Shown: positions 31,154 through 42,829, counted from the whole stretch's first letter. The stretch: 63,996 bases of DNA, filler included, from an uncultured Methanosarcinales archaeon (GCA_964608065.1; 6 parts of 6 records of this genome joined end to end with filler, not necessarily neighbours in it), one strand, 5' to 3'. Program-made: numbers and translations. The notes: generated from the sequence alone by a model not told the origin.

Positions 31154-32043
31154 ATGCCTATATTGGTAAGTATGATTCAGTTAATGTTGCTTGTTCTAAA
31201 GGCAAAAATATAATAGAAAAAAGCTCTGGAGGGGGAGTTATAACCTCTATACTAATCAATACATTAAAAAATAAAAGTATAGATGCAGCTGTTGTAATAG
31301 GAATGAACAAGGAAAAGCCTTATCTGCATGAAGTCAAATTAGCAAAAAATAAAGATGATATCATACAGGCAGCAGGCTCAAAATATGTTTTAATAAACTT
31401 TCAGGATATAATAAAAAAAATTAATGAAAACAAAGACAAAAGATTAGCTGTAACAGCCTTACCTTGTCATGCAAAAGCAATAAGAAAACTACAGCAACAA
31501 GGAAAACTGAAAAATGTTAAACTTATACTTGGCCTATTCTGCGGCTATAACATGCCTTTTGATGCTACATTATTCCTGCTTGCTAACTTAGATATTAGAC
31601 TGGAAGATATTAAAGAATTAAAATATCGTGGTGGAAATTACCCTGGTGGTTTTTTAGTTAAATTAACGAATGGAAAACAGAAATTCCTGCCAAAACATTA
31701 TTATGATTTTCTTAACCTGATGTTTGTTCCAAAAGGATGTTTAGATTGCAAAGATTATACAAATGAATTAGCTGAGGTTTCAGTTGGTGACAGCTGGGGT
31801 CATGATAGCAGTTCTTTGATGATTATAAGAAACAATAAAATAAAATATCTTTTGGAAAATATTGAAATAAAACAGATTACAGACAAAGAGTTCATGAAAA
31901 TGCATATTCATAACATAAAACACAAAAAACAAGGAGATTCATTATCTTTAACACTAATAAGAAACTTTTTGAAAACATTCAAATCAATCTTACCAATACA
32001 ATTATTAGGGACTATAGCAAAAATAAGAAGAAAACTAAAATGA
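31150..32043 (+). CDS. FrhB/FdhB-family (F420 hydrogenase beta subunit-like) protein
   Basis: SSGGGVIT, AGSKY, LPCH, LGLFC, CLDCKD...EVSVGD. Confidence 0.85.
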   Translation: MNAYIGKYDSVNVACSKGKNIIEKSSGGGVITSILINTLKNKSIDAAVVIGMNKEKPYLHEVKLAKNKDDIIQAAGSKYVLINFQDIIKKINENKDKRLAVTALPCHAKAIRKLQQQGKLKNVKLILGLFCGYNMPFDATLFLLANLDIRLEDIKELKYRGGNYPGGFLVKLTNGKQKFLPKHYYDFLNLMFVPKGCLDCKDYTNELAEVSVGDSWGHDSSSLMIIRNNKIKYLLENIEIKQITDKEFMKMHIHNIKHKKQGDSLSLTLIRNFLKTFKSILPIQLLGTIAKIRRKLK

Positions 32044-32813
32044 AATTAAAAGGAGCTTTAAGAAGAGCAAAACTAGAACACAGTTATTACACCTCTAAAA
32101 ACTGGTCTTTTGAAGATACAGGAAAGTTCTGGGACACAGTTAAAGACTATGATGAAATTGATGATGAAACTTATGCTTACAAAAGAAGATTCTATGATTC
32201 TATTAAATTGTCGTCGATAAAACCCAACAGCAGAATACTGGATATTGACTGCAGAACAGCTAATGGTACTGTATTCTTCCACAGAAATGGCAGAGTAAAA
32301 GAATCTGTCTGTGTCACACCTTCAAAAAACTTTCTTGAAATTGCTAAATCAAGATTAAAAAAACATAATATTAAATCACAAACAATTTTATTGAAAAAAC
32401 TTCCATTACAGTTAAAATCAGAATCATTTGACGCAATTCTCTGCTTTGAAACAATCGAACACATCTCATCCAAAGACCATTTGCCATTTCTTAAAGAACT
32501 AAACAGATTATTGAAAAAAGATGGAGAAATGATTTTAACAATGCCTAACATCCTATGGGAACCAGTACACTGGCTTGTTGCTATATCAGGAATCCATCAT
32601 TCTGAAGGTCCACACAACTTCCTTCCAAGAAACAAAGTAATAAGTTTACTAAAAAAAGCAGGCTTTACAATAAAAAAAGAAAAAACCACTGTTCTAATCC
32701 CAAATGGACCCAGAATCCTAACCAAATTCGGTGAATTATTAGAATCCCTATCAGGAGAAACACTTAGAAAACCATTTGCTTTAAGAAGAATATTTATTTG
32801 TGGAAAACCTTAG
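32040..32813 (+). CDS. Class I SAM-dependent methyltransferase
   Basis: ILDIDCRTANG motif I variant, FDAILCFETIEH, RLLKKDG. Confidence 0.8.
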   Translation: MKLKGALRRAKLEHSYYTSKNWSFEDTGKFWDTVKDYDEIDDETYAYKRRFYDSIKLSSIKPNSRILDIDCRTANGTVFFHRNGRVKESVCVTPSKNFLEIAKSRLKKHNIKSQTILLKKLPLQLKSESFDAILCFETIEHISSKDHLPFLKELNRLLKKDGEMILTMPNILWEPVHWLVAISGIHHSEGPHNFLPRNKVISLLKKAGFTIKKEKTTVLIPNGPRILTKFGELLESLSGETLRKPFALRRIFICGKP

Positions 32814-35091
32814 ATTTCTTATTCTTAACCCCATTCCAAACAAAGAAAACAATAATCAAAATCAAAGTAATTAAAGAAATTGTCAGACCTTTTCTGAATG
32901 ACTTAGGAGTGTACTCAAACCTCAACTCACCAGTATAACCTTCCAGATAAACTGCAGAATTCATCCCATTAGCCCTATATATTGGCAACTTATCATTATT
33001 TATCTCAGGCTCCCAACCTTCAAACATATGGAACTTCTCAGCTAAAACCATCCAACCTTCCTCCCCTTTCAGCTCCATATACCTTTTGTTTGGAGAATAA
33101 TATGTAATATCAATCTTCTTAACATTTTCATAATCTCCCCAAAACAATTTTAATAAATTATCAACATCTTCTTGTGTTATTGAATTTTGTCCAGCTACAA
33201 CATTAGGCAATAATATCCCTCCATTATCAACATACTGCTTCAAAACAAACCCAGAGTTCTCATCAACAGAACCTTGAGTCAAAAATACAGCATCAAACTT
33301 AGATAAATCAATATCATCAACTTTGCTATAAACCATCACTATAACATTATTAGAAGGATCAAAATCATCATCCATCATCAAACTATAAGTTGTTTGGTCA
33401 ACAGCACCTTTATCTCCTATAACTAAAATACTGTTCTCAGCTAAATAAGCCCTTGGTAAATAAAGCTCATTATAATAAAGATAAGGCCCATCTACACCAT
33501 GATCAACTGGCTCATGCTCATAACAATTATCACATTCTTCAAACTTCTTAACAAATGTCAAAAATGGCTTATCAATCTCTTCATCAGAATAAATATATTT
33601 AGTATTTAACATTCCACTAAATTTAGCAGGAAGACTATGAGCTATCCCTAAAAACACATACAGCTCAGGATACCATAAACTAGTCCCTCCATACAATATC
33701 TCCTGGTCAAGATGCACAGCATAAGGCCCTGCATGGCCTGAGTGCCTGTTAGTCTTGATATTATTAATCCTGAATATATCATCATCTTTACTGATATACT
33801 GCATTAAATGATTATCTTCTACCATATTTTTAAAATTAAACTTATAATCATCACTCATATCTGCTAACGTAAGTGTAAACACAAAAGAATCTACAAATAC
33901 AAGACCAAGTACTAAAAGATAAACACCCGTCTTTATTTTTTTACCATATTTCTTCAGTTTACTAAGCAACACAGATAACCCTATGCCTGCCAAAGGAGCA
34001 GCTGCCAATACAAATACATATCCAACACGTTCTACATGATGTAATTTGGAAAATCCAGGTATAAATTTCCACATTAAATAAAATACAGGTGAACCTGTTC
34101 CAACAAGTAAAGCAAGCACAGCTAAAATAATTAATCCTAATACGTGTTTTTTTCTCCATTTAAAAAATGAAAATAATACTAATATAAACCCCCCTATACC
34201 TATTTCAGTAGAATACTGATGAAAACCCCTTCCATCAGGTACTATCAAAAAATATTTAACAAAATCTTTAAGATTTTTAATATCAATTTTATTTCCAACA
34301 CTGTCTTCAAAAGAAAAATCACCTTGCTTAGAGGAAACTTCACCATATTCAGTTAAAGAAAAAATCCTTACAGCAGCCAGCCCTAAAAAAACAACACCAA
34401 CTATCGCTCCAACAAAAACCATCTTCAATATTCTCTTTTTAATATTCCTTCCTATCAAATAAGTGAAAAATATACTCATCACAACTAAGCTCATAAACAT
34501 AAACCAGTTCAGACCATTAGAATGAAACTGCAGAACAAAAACCATTCCTGCTATTATAGACCATTTAATCCATTTCTTGTCATGCAAGGCCTTCCAGAAA
34601 CACAAATATACCAAAGGAGCTAACGCAACAACACCAGATCTAAACAAATAACTGGTAAAAACATGGATCTGGGCTATACTGAACATATATATCAAAGCAG
34701 AAACAAAAGCAATCTTAGGTTTATACTTAAAATTAATCATCAACATATACATAAATAAACCACCCAAAAACATATTTAGCAATAAAGATAGATTTAAGGC
34801 CAGTACTGTAGGCATAATTAAACTCAATATTGTTGTATAAAAGAAAACTAGATAATTAGGATGAGCAAAAAGCACACTTCCTCCCTGATAATTTGGAAGC
34901 CATAATGGAAACTCATTATACTCTACAATAGATTTCTTTGCAACATACATTGCATCATAACTTCCTGAATCCAGTTCACCTAACCAAAACCTTTCAGAAT
35001 TAAACCAACCATTAAAAAATATAACTAAAAGTAGCAAAAGTATTGAAATAAAAATAATATGCTGTTTATTCTTTTTCAAAAAATTATTCAT
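32794..35091 (-). CDS. YfhO-like multi-pass membrane protein (GT-C)
   Basis: FPLWLP..QGG, ALIYMFS, LPRAY, IYRANG, FEYTP. Confidence 0.8.
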   Translation of the reverse strand: MNNFLKKNKQHIIFISILLLLLVIFFNGWFNSERFWLGELDSGSYDAMYVAKKSIVEYNEFPLWLPNYQGGSVLFAHPNYLVFFYTTILSLIMPTVLALNLSLLLNMFLGGLFMYMLMINFKYKPKIAFVSALIYMFSIAQIHVFTSYLFRSGVVALAPLVYLCFWKALHDKKWIKWSIIAGMVFVLQFHSNGLNWFMFMSLVVMSIFFTYLIGRNIKKRILKMVFVGAIVGVVFLGLAAVRIFSLTEYGEVSSKQGDFSFEDSVGNKIDIKNLKDFVKYFLIVPDGRGFHQYSTEIGIGGFILVLFSFFKWRKKHVLGLIILAVLALLVGTGSPVFYLMWKFIPGFSKLHHVERVGYVFVLAAAPLAGIGLSVLLSKLKKYGKKIKTGVYLLVLGLVFVDSFVFTLTLADMSDDYKFNFKNMVEDNHLMQYISKDDDIFRINNIKTNRHSGHAGPYAVHLDQEILYGGTSLWYPELYVFLGIAHSLPAKFSGMLNTKYIYSDEEIDKPFLTFVKKFEECDNCYEHEPVDHGVDGPYLYYNELYLPRAYLAENSILVIGDKGAVDQTTYSLMMDDDFDPSNNVIVMVYSKVDDIDLSKFDAVFLTQGSVDENSGFVLKQYVDNGGILLPNVVAGQNSITQEDVDNLLKLFWGDYENVKKIDITYYSPNKRYMELKGEEGWMVLAEKFHMFEGWEPEINNDKLPIYRANGMNSAVYLEGYTGELRFEYTPKSFRKGLTISLITLILIIVFFVWNGVKNKKSKVFHK

Positions 35092-35470
35092 TGTGATGCT
35101 TGACTAACCCCACTAAATTAAAAGTAACAAATTTCAATAAAAACAATGATGAAACAATAATTACTGAACTTATAATTGTTGGAAAACTCATAATATCAAC
35201 AGCCAGCCACATCAAAGCAACATTAGCAATGTTAAAAACAATAACTGTGGAAAGATATTTAAAAAATTTTCCATGTATCATATGCCACAACACATAAGCA
35301 AAATACTTCATAATAATCAACACAACAACAACTATAGTTGAGCCTATCAAAGCTGTAAATTTAAGAGCGTCTATAAACATCCACATAAATGTTACATTCA
35401 ATAAAGTCCATATTACCCCTATAATTGAATATTTTGTAAAGTTCTTTGCATGCTTTCTTATGATATTCAT
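35084..35470 (-). CDS. GtrA-like membrane protein
   Basis: FTKYSIIG; four TM helices with an internal repeat. Confidence 0.7.
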   Translation of the reverse strand: MNIIRKHAKNFTKYSIIGVIWTLLNVTFMWMFIDALKFTALIGSTIVVVVLIIMKYFAYVLWHMIHGKFFKYLSTVIVFNIANVALMWLAVDIMSFPTIISSVIIVSSLFLLKFVTFNLVGLVKHHNE

Positions 35471-35590
35471 TGTTTCTTTCTCTTCCTATANNNNNNNNNN
35501 NNNNNNNNNNNNNNNNNNNNNNNNNNNNNNNNNNNNNNNNNNNNNNNNNNNNNNNNNNNNNNNNNNNNNNNNNNNNNNNNNNNNNNNNNN

Positions 35591-37185
35591 CCCCATGCAC
35601 GTTTTAATTCAGGTGTATCTGGATAACAAACATCACAATCATCATATTTCTCCATAAGCTCAAGACCAGAAACATTTAATTCATTCATGGCAGTTATATA
35701 TTTTACATTCAACACACCCCAAAATCTCGCAGGGTCTCTATTTGCCACACCAAGATATACATTGAAATAAGGGGGGAACCACACAGTGTCATAAGCATAT
35801 ATATGCTCTAATCCTAAATGAGTATTATAAAAATCCTGGCCCCAGTCTATACCTCTTGTTTCCCAGGTTTGAATCCTAAAAATCCCTTCTTCTTTACTCA
35901 AATTTTGTAAAATATAATTATGCTCTATAGCATTATAAATATCTTCTTTCATATAGCTAGCAGGATTATAATTAAAAATCCACAAATTCAAGATGATTAA
36001 ACCAACCAACCCCCCAAATATTATTTTTTTATATTTCTTATACCTATTAAATAAAATTGAAGCGCCATACCCAGCCAAAGCAGCTCCTGCAAAAACATAT
36101 ATGCACAATGCCCTTGGCAGATACCTAAAACTGTCAAAAGGAGGAACATACTTCCACAATAAATAATATATTGGAGAACCTGTTGCTATTAAAATAGACA
36201 ATAAACCCGTTCCTATAAAAAATAAAACAAATTTGTTTTTCCACTTTTTAAAAATAGCAATCAAACTCAATAAAAAAGCAACTATGCCTATATGGAAGCC
36301 ATAGCTTCCATATCTTTGTACTTTAGGCATTCCTTCATAAATAGGCTCTATAAGATAATTGAACATCTGGCCCGGCTTTATTGCCCTGCTTGCAGACTCC
36401 TCATAGGACAAACTGCCTCTGCTTGTCATTGGAAGATAACTTTTAACAGGAACTATTCTTTCTGCTGTAAGCCCGAGCAATACTAGGGAAAATATAACTC
36501 CGATTAGAACAGCCTTAGTTAATCGTTTTTTAAAATTTTCCCCTGTTAATTGGACAATAAAGAATAAAACTATTGTTAAAGCAGTAAATAAAAAAACTTT
36601 CAAACCAGTTCCATTATGAACCTGTATAGCTAATACAATCCCAGTTATTATAGAATATTTAATCCAATCTTTACTTCTAAAAGCTTTGATCAAAAACAAC
36701 AACACAAGAGGAATAAAAACATAAGCAGTTAATGTTGACAAAGCAGTTTCAGCTGTTTTTCTTATTACATAACCGTTCAGCATATAAACCAAAGCAGAAA
36801 TAAAAGCCACATTTCTGTCCTTTAACAAATAATTCATTAAAAAATACATAAACAATCCTGCAAGAAACACACTTAATATATGGTTAAAGTTTATTGCAAA
36901 AACAACAGGAAATATAATACCAAGAAAATTAATAATACCTGAACTAGATATAGGCTTCATCAGGTAAGGAGTTCCGCTAAAGTAGTATGGATTCCATAAA
37001 GGCGCTAGATCATGGTATTTTAAGACAGATTCTCTATAAATTGTTAATCCAGGAAAATAAGCCGTAGTATCATCTTTTGATGGCAAAACACTCAAGCTTA
37101 ACCTGTCGTGCATAAATAAAATACTGATAATTAAAATAGCGACAATATATACTATATGTTTCTTTGCTCCACCCCAATCGACCAT
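35591..37185 (-). CDS. YfhO-like multi-pass membrane protein, paralogue of 32794-35091; 3' end falls in a gap
   Basis: PLWNPYYFSG, ALVYMLNG, FRYLPR, LNVKYI. Confidence 0.8.
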
Positions 37186-37440
37186 AACCTCATATAAAAA
37201 ATTAAGTTATTTAAATGTTNNNNNNNNNNNNNNNNNNNNNNNNNNNNNNNNNNNNNNNNNNNNTTAATTAATTAANNNNNNNNNNNNNNNNNNNNNNNNN
37301 NNNNNNNNNNNNNNNNNNNATTAGAATAAATACACCTCTTTTCATTGTATAAATACATAGAACATTCTAGTTTATAAATTTTACTATTAATAAAATAAGT
37401 TTCCGAAATATTTAAATAAAATCATTATATAATCCTAACT

Positions 37441-38037
37441 ATGGAATTCAAATACAACAAAAATATAACATTAAACAAAGAATTAAACGCATTAGACAAA
37501 TTTGTATTAGATTTCACAAATATATTAAACAAACTAAAAATAAAATATGTTTTAATATCAGGTTATGTTTCAATATTGTTCGGAAGAAGCAGAAGTTCTG
37601 AAGATATTGACATTTTTATTGAAAAAATCAATTATGAAAAATTCAAAGAATTATGGAGTAAATTATACAGGAAATTCGAATGTATAACCACAGAAGATAC
37701 AAAAGAAGCTTATAAGGATTATTTAGATGATAATTTAGCAATAAGATTCTCTTATAAAGATAAATATATACCTAATATGGAAATTAAATTTCCTAAATTA
37801 GAAGTTGAAAGATGGTGTTTAGATAATAGTAAAAAAGTAATTCTAAACAAAAAAATATTATTTGTTTCACCAATAGAATTACAAATACCTTTTAAACTAT
37901 TTTTAGGCAGCGAAAAAGATGTAGAGGATGCAAAACATCTTTACAAAATATTTAAAGACAAACTTGACTTGAAATTATTGAATGGGTTTAACCGAAAGCT
38001 TAAAGTAGTTGATGTGTTTAATAAGTATATCAAATGA
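37441..38037 (+). CDS. Nucleotidyltransferase-like protein
   Basis: YVLISGY...GRSRSSEDID...K...GSEKDVED. Confidence 0.7.
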   Translation: MEFKYNKNITLNKELNALDKFVLDFTNILNKLKIKYVLISGYVSILFGRSRSSEDIDIFIEKINYEKFKELWSKLYRKFECITTEDTKEAYKDYLDDNLAIRFSYKDKYIPNMEIKFPKLEVERWCLDNSKKVILNKKILFVSPIELQIPFKLFLGSEKDVEDAKHLYKIFKDKLDLKLLNGFNRKLKVVDVFNKYIK

Positions 38038-38186
38038 AACTTCCAAAGATTGATTTAAAAGAACTAGAAAACATAAAAAAACAAAACTTCAAAGAGCGTC
38101 TTAAATTTATTGATGAATATACCAAATGGTTAAAAAAAACACCCAATAAAGAATGGAGTTCTCAACAAAAAGACATAGTTGGCTAA
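38034..38186 (+). CDS. Small 50-aa protein coupled to the nucleotidyltransferase (not in ORF track)
   Basis: ATGA overlap; MKLPKIDLKELENIKKQNFKERLKFIDEYTKWLKKTPNKEWSSQQKDIVG. Confidence 0.6.
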   Translation: MKLPKIDLKELENIKKQNFKERLKFIDEYTKWLKKTPNKEWSSQQKDIVG

Positions 38187-38241
38187 TTTCTTTTTAAAAA
38201 ACCAAAATTTTATATATACAATAAATTTCAATATCCACAGT

Positions 38242-41172
38242 ATGAAAAAAAAAGAGGTATGGTTACTATTAATTGGAATAATATTTCTTATTTCTCTTAG
38301 TGTTTTTGTTGATGCTCCTGGTTGTATCATTTGTGGAGTTGATTATGCTTGTGGTGTAGATGATAGTGTTTGTCCTGAAACTTATGGAGCTACTTGTTGT
38401 CCTAATTTTCCAGATCCTAATTGTGATATAAGTTGTGGAAGATGTGGTACTTATGATTGTACTGGAACAGAAGCAGCAGAAAGATGTGGTGTAAATGGAC
38501 AGATTGGTGGGATTGTAAAAGCATTTGATTGTTGTTTAGTTAACGATGATAACAGATTCTATTGCGCCCAAGACTCACAATGGTATTCATGCGAAAGTCC
38601 AGCAGGTTCATGGACTTGGGTTGATGGCGGAAACTTAATAGGAGGACAGATAAGAGATTCATATTGCTGCGATCCAAGTAAAGCTGGAACTGCAAAATGG
38701 TCATATTGTGGAGATAATAATGTAAACTCTGTATGTGGGGAAGAATGTGATGACGGCAATACTAATAATGGAGACGGTTGTTCATCTACTTGTCAATTTG
38801 AAGATGAATGTACTTCAGGTGTTTGTTGTGATACAAGCAGCCAGCCATACACATACAGACCTACAACTTACTTATGCGGTGCAGCATGGACATGTACTGA
38901 TACAACAAATACAGATAATAAATATAGTATTGGTTATGGTTATGAAACTCAAGGTTATTGTGATGGTGCTAATAGTTGTGATAGGTCTGGAATCACATAC
39001 AGAGAACCTGATGGTTTACAAAACACCTGTGAATGTGAAGCAACAGGAACTCAAGGAACTTGTGATAATGCTGAAACAGATTGCTGGGATACTTCACAAG
39101 CAGAATGCTGCGGTGACGATTCAACTGCAATAGACACTTGGTGTGCAGGAGGATATACTGCATGTTATGAAACTATTTTTAGAACTAATGGAGATTATAA
39201 CAGTTATCTTTGTTCTTGCGGTGGTGGAGATTGGGCAGTTGGAGGAGAAGTCTCTCCAACAACCTGCTGCGGTGATGATTTAGGAGAATATTATAAAACA
39301 AATGCAGGAGTAGATGCTTGTTGTGACAACACAAATGATTGTGTTGATTCTGGAGGAACTTGCAGAAGTGGTAACGAAGGAACAGCTTACAACAACTGTA
39401 ATGACAATATAGATAACAGCTGCGATGGAGAAAAAGACTGGGACACTTTAGGTTTAAGAGGTACTGAACATGGAGACATTAATTGTCCAGTTGGAATCAG
39501 CTCAACAACTCTTTCAGATTATGATATTCTTGATAATGATAAAATTGACATAACATGTACTTTATCTACTGTAGTTGCTGGTGGATTAAACAGCATATTT
39601 GCTTATTTAGATAATAATCAAAACGGAATTTATGACACAGGAGATTATGACTTTGGATGGGTTGACGGCACAGATGGTTGGAGTACTGATTGGAGTGAAG
39701 TTTATTTCAAACAAAGAGTCATAACAGGCACAGGAACAAAACACATCTACTGCGGTGTTTATTCTTCTCCAACAGAACCTTTTGATAGATCCTACCAAAC
39801 AGGAATTGATGCAAAAGCACCAGACTTAACTGTTATTTCTGATCCATGTACTGGTCTTAATAGAGGGCAATGTAATAATGCTCCAGAATGTAAATATATT
39901 GATGAATGTAGAGCAACAGCTCCAGAATACTCTGGAGGCCCAACTAGATGTATAAAAGATGAAATAACTGTAACTTATGTTTGCAATGTTGCTATCTGCG
40001 GTGAAGCTTGTGACGGCTCTACTGGCTGTTCTGATACAGACTGTGACCCATTAGATGCATGTTATACAGGAACTTATAGAGATTACACTGATATCCCAAA
40101 CAGCTGCCAAGCAGACTGCTCTTGCACAACAAATACATGCACAACTTTTACCCCAATAATAACAGATATTGATGGAGACACTTATGATACAGAATGTGAT
40201 AATGATTGTGATGACAATAACCCTGACATAAACCCAGGAGCAACTGAAATCTGTGATAGCATAGATAATAACTGCGATGGTAATATAGATGAAGGTTTTA
40301 CAGATGAAGAATGTGAATATATATGTGAAACTAATAGTTACACATGGACTAACAATGGTGGAATCTTAAACTGCTGCGGTAATGATGCAAACGAAGACGA
40401 CCCTTATGAACTTACTGAAACAACATGTGATGATGGAAATGATAATGATTGTGATGGTTTTATAGATAATTTAGATGATAATTGCCCTTGTACTCCAGGA
40501 GAAACTAAATTATGTGAAAAACAAGAAGGTGTTTGTGTAGGTTCAGAACAAACATGTACAGGAGAAGGAGCATGGCCTGGCTGTGATTACAGCTCAATAC
40601 CAGATTATGAAGCTGCTGAAACACTTTGTGATGAAAAAGATAATGATTGTGATGGAACTATAGATGAAAACTGTGAACCTGATACTGATGCTGCTTATTG
40701 TGAAGTAGGTTCTGTAGGAATTCAGGGAAACTGTGCCAGCACAGGAAACACATGGTGCTGGGATCCATATTACACAGCAGCAGAAGGAGAATGCTGCGGT
40801 GATGATAAAGATATAAATGATAAATGGGTTAATACAATAAATAACTCCTGCTGCGAAGATTCATCAGGAAACTATATTTTCCAGACAGATGCAGACTATA
40901 GCAGCTGCTTCTGTAATGAAATGGGTATAAAATATGAAGGATCTGACAAAGGAGCATGTGAAACAACAAATGAATTTTTCTGCTGGAGCGCTTCAATCCA
41001 ACCAAGAAAATATGGAAGGTGCTGCGGAGATGATAAAAATGAAGTCTGGAACTACAGTTCAAGTTATAATATAGATAATGTTTTAGTCAAGGAAACCTGC
41101 TACAGTGCTTTATGGAAAAAAAGAAGTGAATTAGATTTAATATATTATGATTTATCAGCTGATCTAACATGA
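38242..41172 (+). CDS. Large secreted Cys/Asp-rich repeat surface protein
   Basis: Signal peptide MKKKEVWLLL; CCGDD repeats; EECDDGN...GDGCSSTC; several E.CD..DN.CDG.ID metal-binding-type repeats. Confidence 0.8.
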   Translation: MKKKEVWLLLIGIIFLISLSVFVDAPGCIICGVDYACGVDDSVCPETYGATCCPNFPDPNCDISCGRCGTYDCTGTEAAERCGVNGQIGGIVKAFDCCLVNDDNRFYCAQDSQWYSCESPAGSWTWVDGGNLIGGQIRDSYCCDPSKAGTAKWSYCGDNNVNSVCGEECDDGNTNNGDGCSSTCQFEDECTSGVCCDTSSQPYTYRPTTYLCGAAWTCTDTTNTDNKYSIGYGYETQGYCDGANSCDRSGITYREPDGLQNTCECEATGTQGTCDNAETDCWDTSQAECCGDDSTAIDTWCAGGYTACYETIFRTNGDYNSYLCSCGGGDWAVGGEVSPTTCCGDDLGEYYKTNAGVDACCDNTNDCVDSGGTCRSGNEGTAYNNCNDNIDNSCDGEKDWDTLGLRGTEHGDINCPVGISSTTLSDYDILDNDKIDITCTLSTVVAGGLNSIFAYLDNNQNGIYDTGDYDFGWVDGTDGWSTDWSEVYFKQRVITGTGTKHIYCGVYSSPTEPFDRSYQTGIDAKAPDLTVISDPCTGLNRGQCNNAPECKYIDECRATAPEYSGGPTRCIKDEITVTYVCNVAICGEACDGSTGCSDTDCDPLDACYTGTYRDYTDIPNSCQADCSCTTNTCTTFTPIITDIDGDTYDTECDNDCDDNNPDINPGATEICDSIDNNCDGNIDEGFTDEECEYICETNSYTWTNNGGILNCCGNDANEDDPYELTETTCDDGNDNDCDGFIDNLDDNCPCTPGETKLCEKQEGVCVGSEQTCTGEGAWPGCDYSSIPDYEAAETLCDEKDNDCDGTIDENCEPDTDAAYCEVGSVGIQGNCASTGNTWCWDPYYTAAEGECCGDDKDINDKWVNTINNSCCEDSSGNYIFQTDADYSSCFCNEMGIKYEGSDKGACETTNEFFCWSASIQPRKYGRCCGDDKNEVWNYSSSYNIDNVLVKETCYSALWKKRSELDLIYYDLSADLT

Positions 41173-42305
41173 AAAAAGGAGTAATCCAATCAGAAATGTT
41201 AAGGTACATATTAATTGCAGTAGTCACATTCATAATACTCACATTCTCAATATTAGTAATCAAAGGCTGCAGTGATAGAAGAAGAGAAGCAGACCTTATT
41301 GGATTCAAAAGCGATATAAGCAGCAGCATAGAAGTAATTGCAACAAGGGCTGGCTCTATAGACAGGGAAAACTACATATTACCTGATAATGTAGATTCAA
41401 TCTGTTTTTTAGATATAAATAAAAAAACTGAAATATTAGAGACACCTTTAGTTGATAACTATCTATTCATAAAAAACAGTCTTGAGGATCAAGTAGAAGA
41501 TAATGTGTTTTTGCTCTCAAATGATTTATTAGTAGACACATTCAGCGAGGAAGATCTTTGTTTTGAAAACTATCCATATTACCTATGTGTTGAAACCCCT
41601 CATTCAATTCTTGATATCATGCTTGAAGGCCTTGGAAAATGCGCTACAATACACACTAATTACACTAAGTTTATTTCAGATAACAAAAGAGACATGGATA
41701 AATACGATTTGCTTGTAGATGGAGGATTTTTAGTAAAGGATTCTGAAGACCATGAAAACTATAGAGATACATTACAGGTAATACCTTTGGCTTTTGTCAA
41801 CAATAAGACAGCATACAAACAATACCCTTATCTGGCATATTATGGAAACCTTGATGACAGCAAAATAGAAACTATTATGGACAGAAAAAGCATAGACACT
41901 GTAGTCATATTCAGGAATAACCCTTACAATGAATATAATATTGATGCAAGCCACTTGGTTATTGATGAAACCTTAGATAATTACCTAAGCTATTGGACAA
42001 TAATCTATGATGTGACTGTGGTAGCATATGACAACTCTAATGGAGCTTTGATATCATCCTTATTTGCATCTTTCACAAACACTCCAATAATCTTTATTAA
42101 CAGTTCTAATCTTGACCAATACAAGGATTTACTTGATGAAAAAACTATTAATGTAATAGATGAAGATGACATAGATCAGAATGTTATAGATTACTTACAA
42201 AATTCAACAAATGATATAACTGTCAGATATTTTGAATCCAATGATCTGAGATTAATGAATCAGAACAGAATTCTAAGATTAAAATCAAACATAATTATAC
42301 CTTAA
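41169..42305 (+). CDS. Hypothetical protein with pilin-like class III signal peptide
   Basis: MKKG|VIQSE followed by a hydrophobic helix. Confidence 0.6.
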   Translation: MKKGVIQSEMLRYILIAVVTFIILTFSILVIKGCSDRRREADLIGFKSDISSSIEVIATRAGSIDRENYILPDNVDSICFLDINKKTEILETPLVDNYLFIKNSLEDQVEDNVFLLSNDLLVDTFSEEDLCFENYPYYLCVETPHSILDIMLEGLGKCATIHTNYTKFISDNKRDMDKYDLLVDGGFLVKDSEDHENYRDTLQVIPLAFVNNKTAYKQYPYLAYYGNLDDSKIETIMDRKSIDTVVIFRNNPYNEYNIDASHLVIDETLDNYLSYWTIIYDVTVVAYDNSNGALISSLFASFTNTPIIFINSSNLDQYKDLLDEKTINVIDEDDIDQNVIDYLQNSTNDITVRYFESNDLRLMNQNRILRLKSNIIIP

Positions 42306-42829
42306 GGTATTTTACGTAATTGTCTTATGAGATAGTTCTCTTCAGAAGAATAATCCAACACTTCTTTCTTTTGGCCTAAAGAAATAGTTTCTTTTGGAGT
42401 TTCTGTTATAAAACCTCCAACATTCTGTGTCTGCTCTTTTAGTTTTAGTTCTGCTGTAGACATATCCTCTTCTGACACTTGTTGAGGAACCCATTCTAAC
42501 TTTAATCCATCATTCTCTGTTCTTGGAATAATACTTATAACAAAATGAGCGAATTTCTGTCCTGCTGCTATTCCGTTCTGCACAATAATATTAGTTCCCT
42601 GTATCTTTAAAGTTTCAAAAAGTATTGAGCTTAACTTATTTGTAATATTAAATAAAGGCCCTAGTTCAAAATCTGGAATCTGCTCAATAATTGGATAATG
42701 TTTCTTAGGAACAACCCATACATGGCCTAATGAACTAGGTTTTTCAGGCAGCATAACATATACTAATTCATCTTCATATAGCTTGTTCACTTTGTTATTG
42801 ATAAATTCACATATCTTGCAGTCCATCAT
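42302..42829 (-). CDS. HIT-family protein with degenerate histidine triad
   Basis: CKIC, GHVWVVPKKH, QNGIAAGQKFAHFVISI. Confidence 0.85.
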   Translation of the reverse strand: MMDCKICEFINNKVNKLYEDELVYVMLPEKPSSLGHVWVVPKKHYPIIEQIPDFELGPLFNITNKLSSILFETLKIQGTNIIVQNGIAAGQKFAHFVISIIPRTENDGLKLEWVPQQVSEEDMSTAELKLKEQTQNVGGFITETPKETISLGQKKEVLDYSSEENYLIRQLRKIP

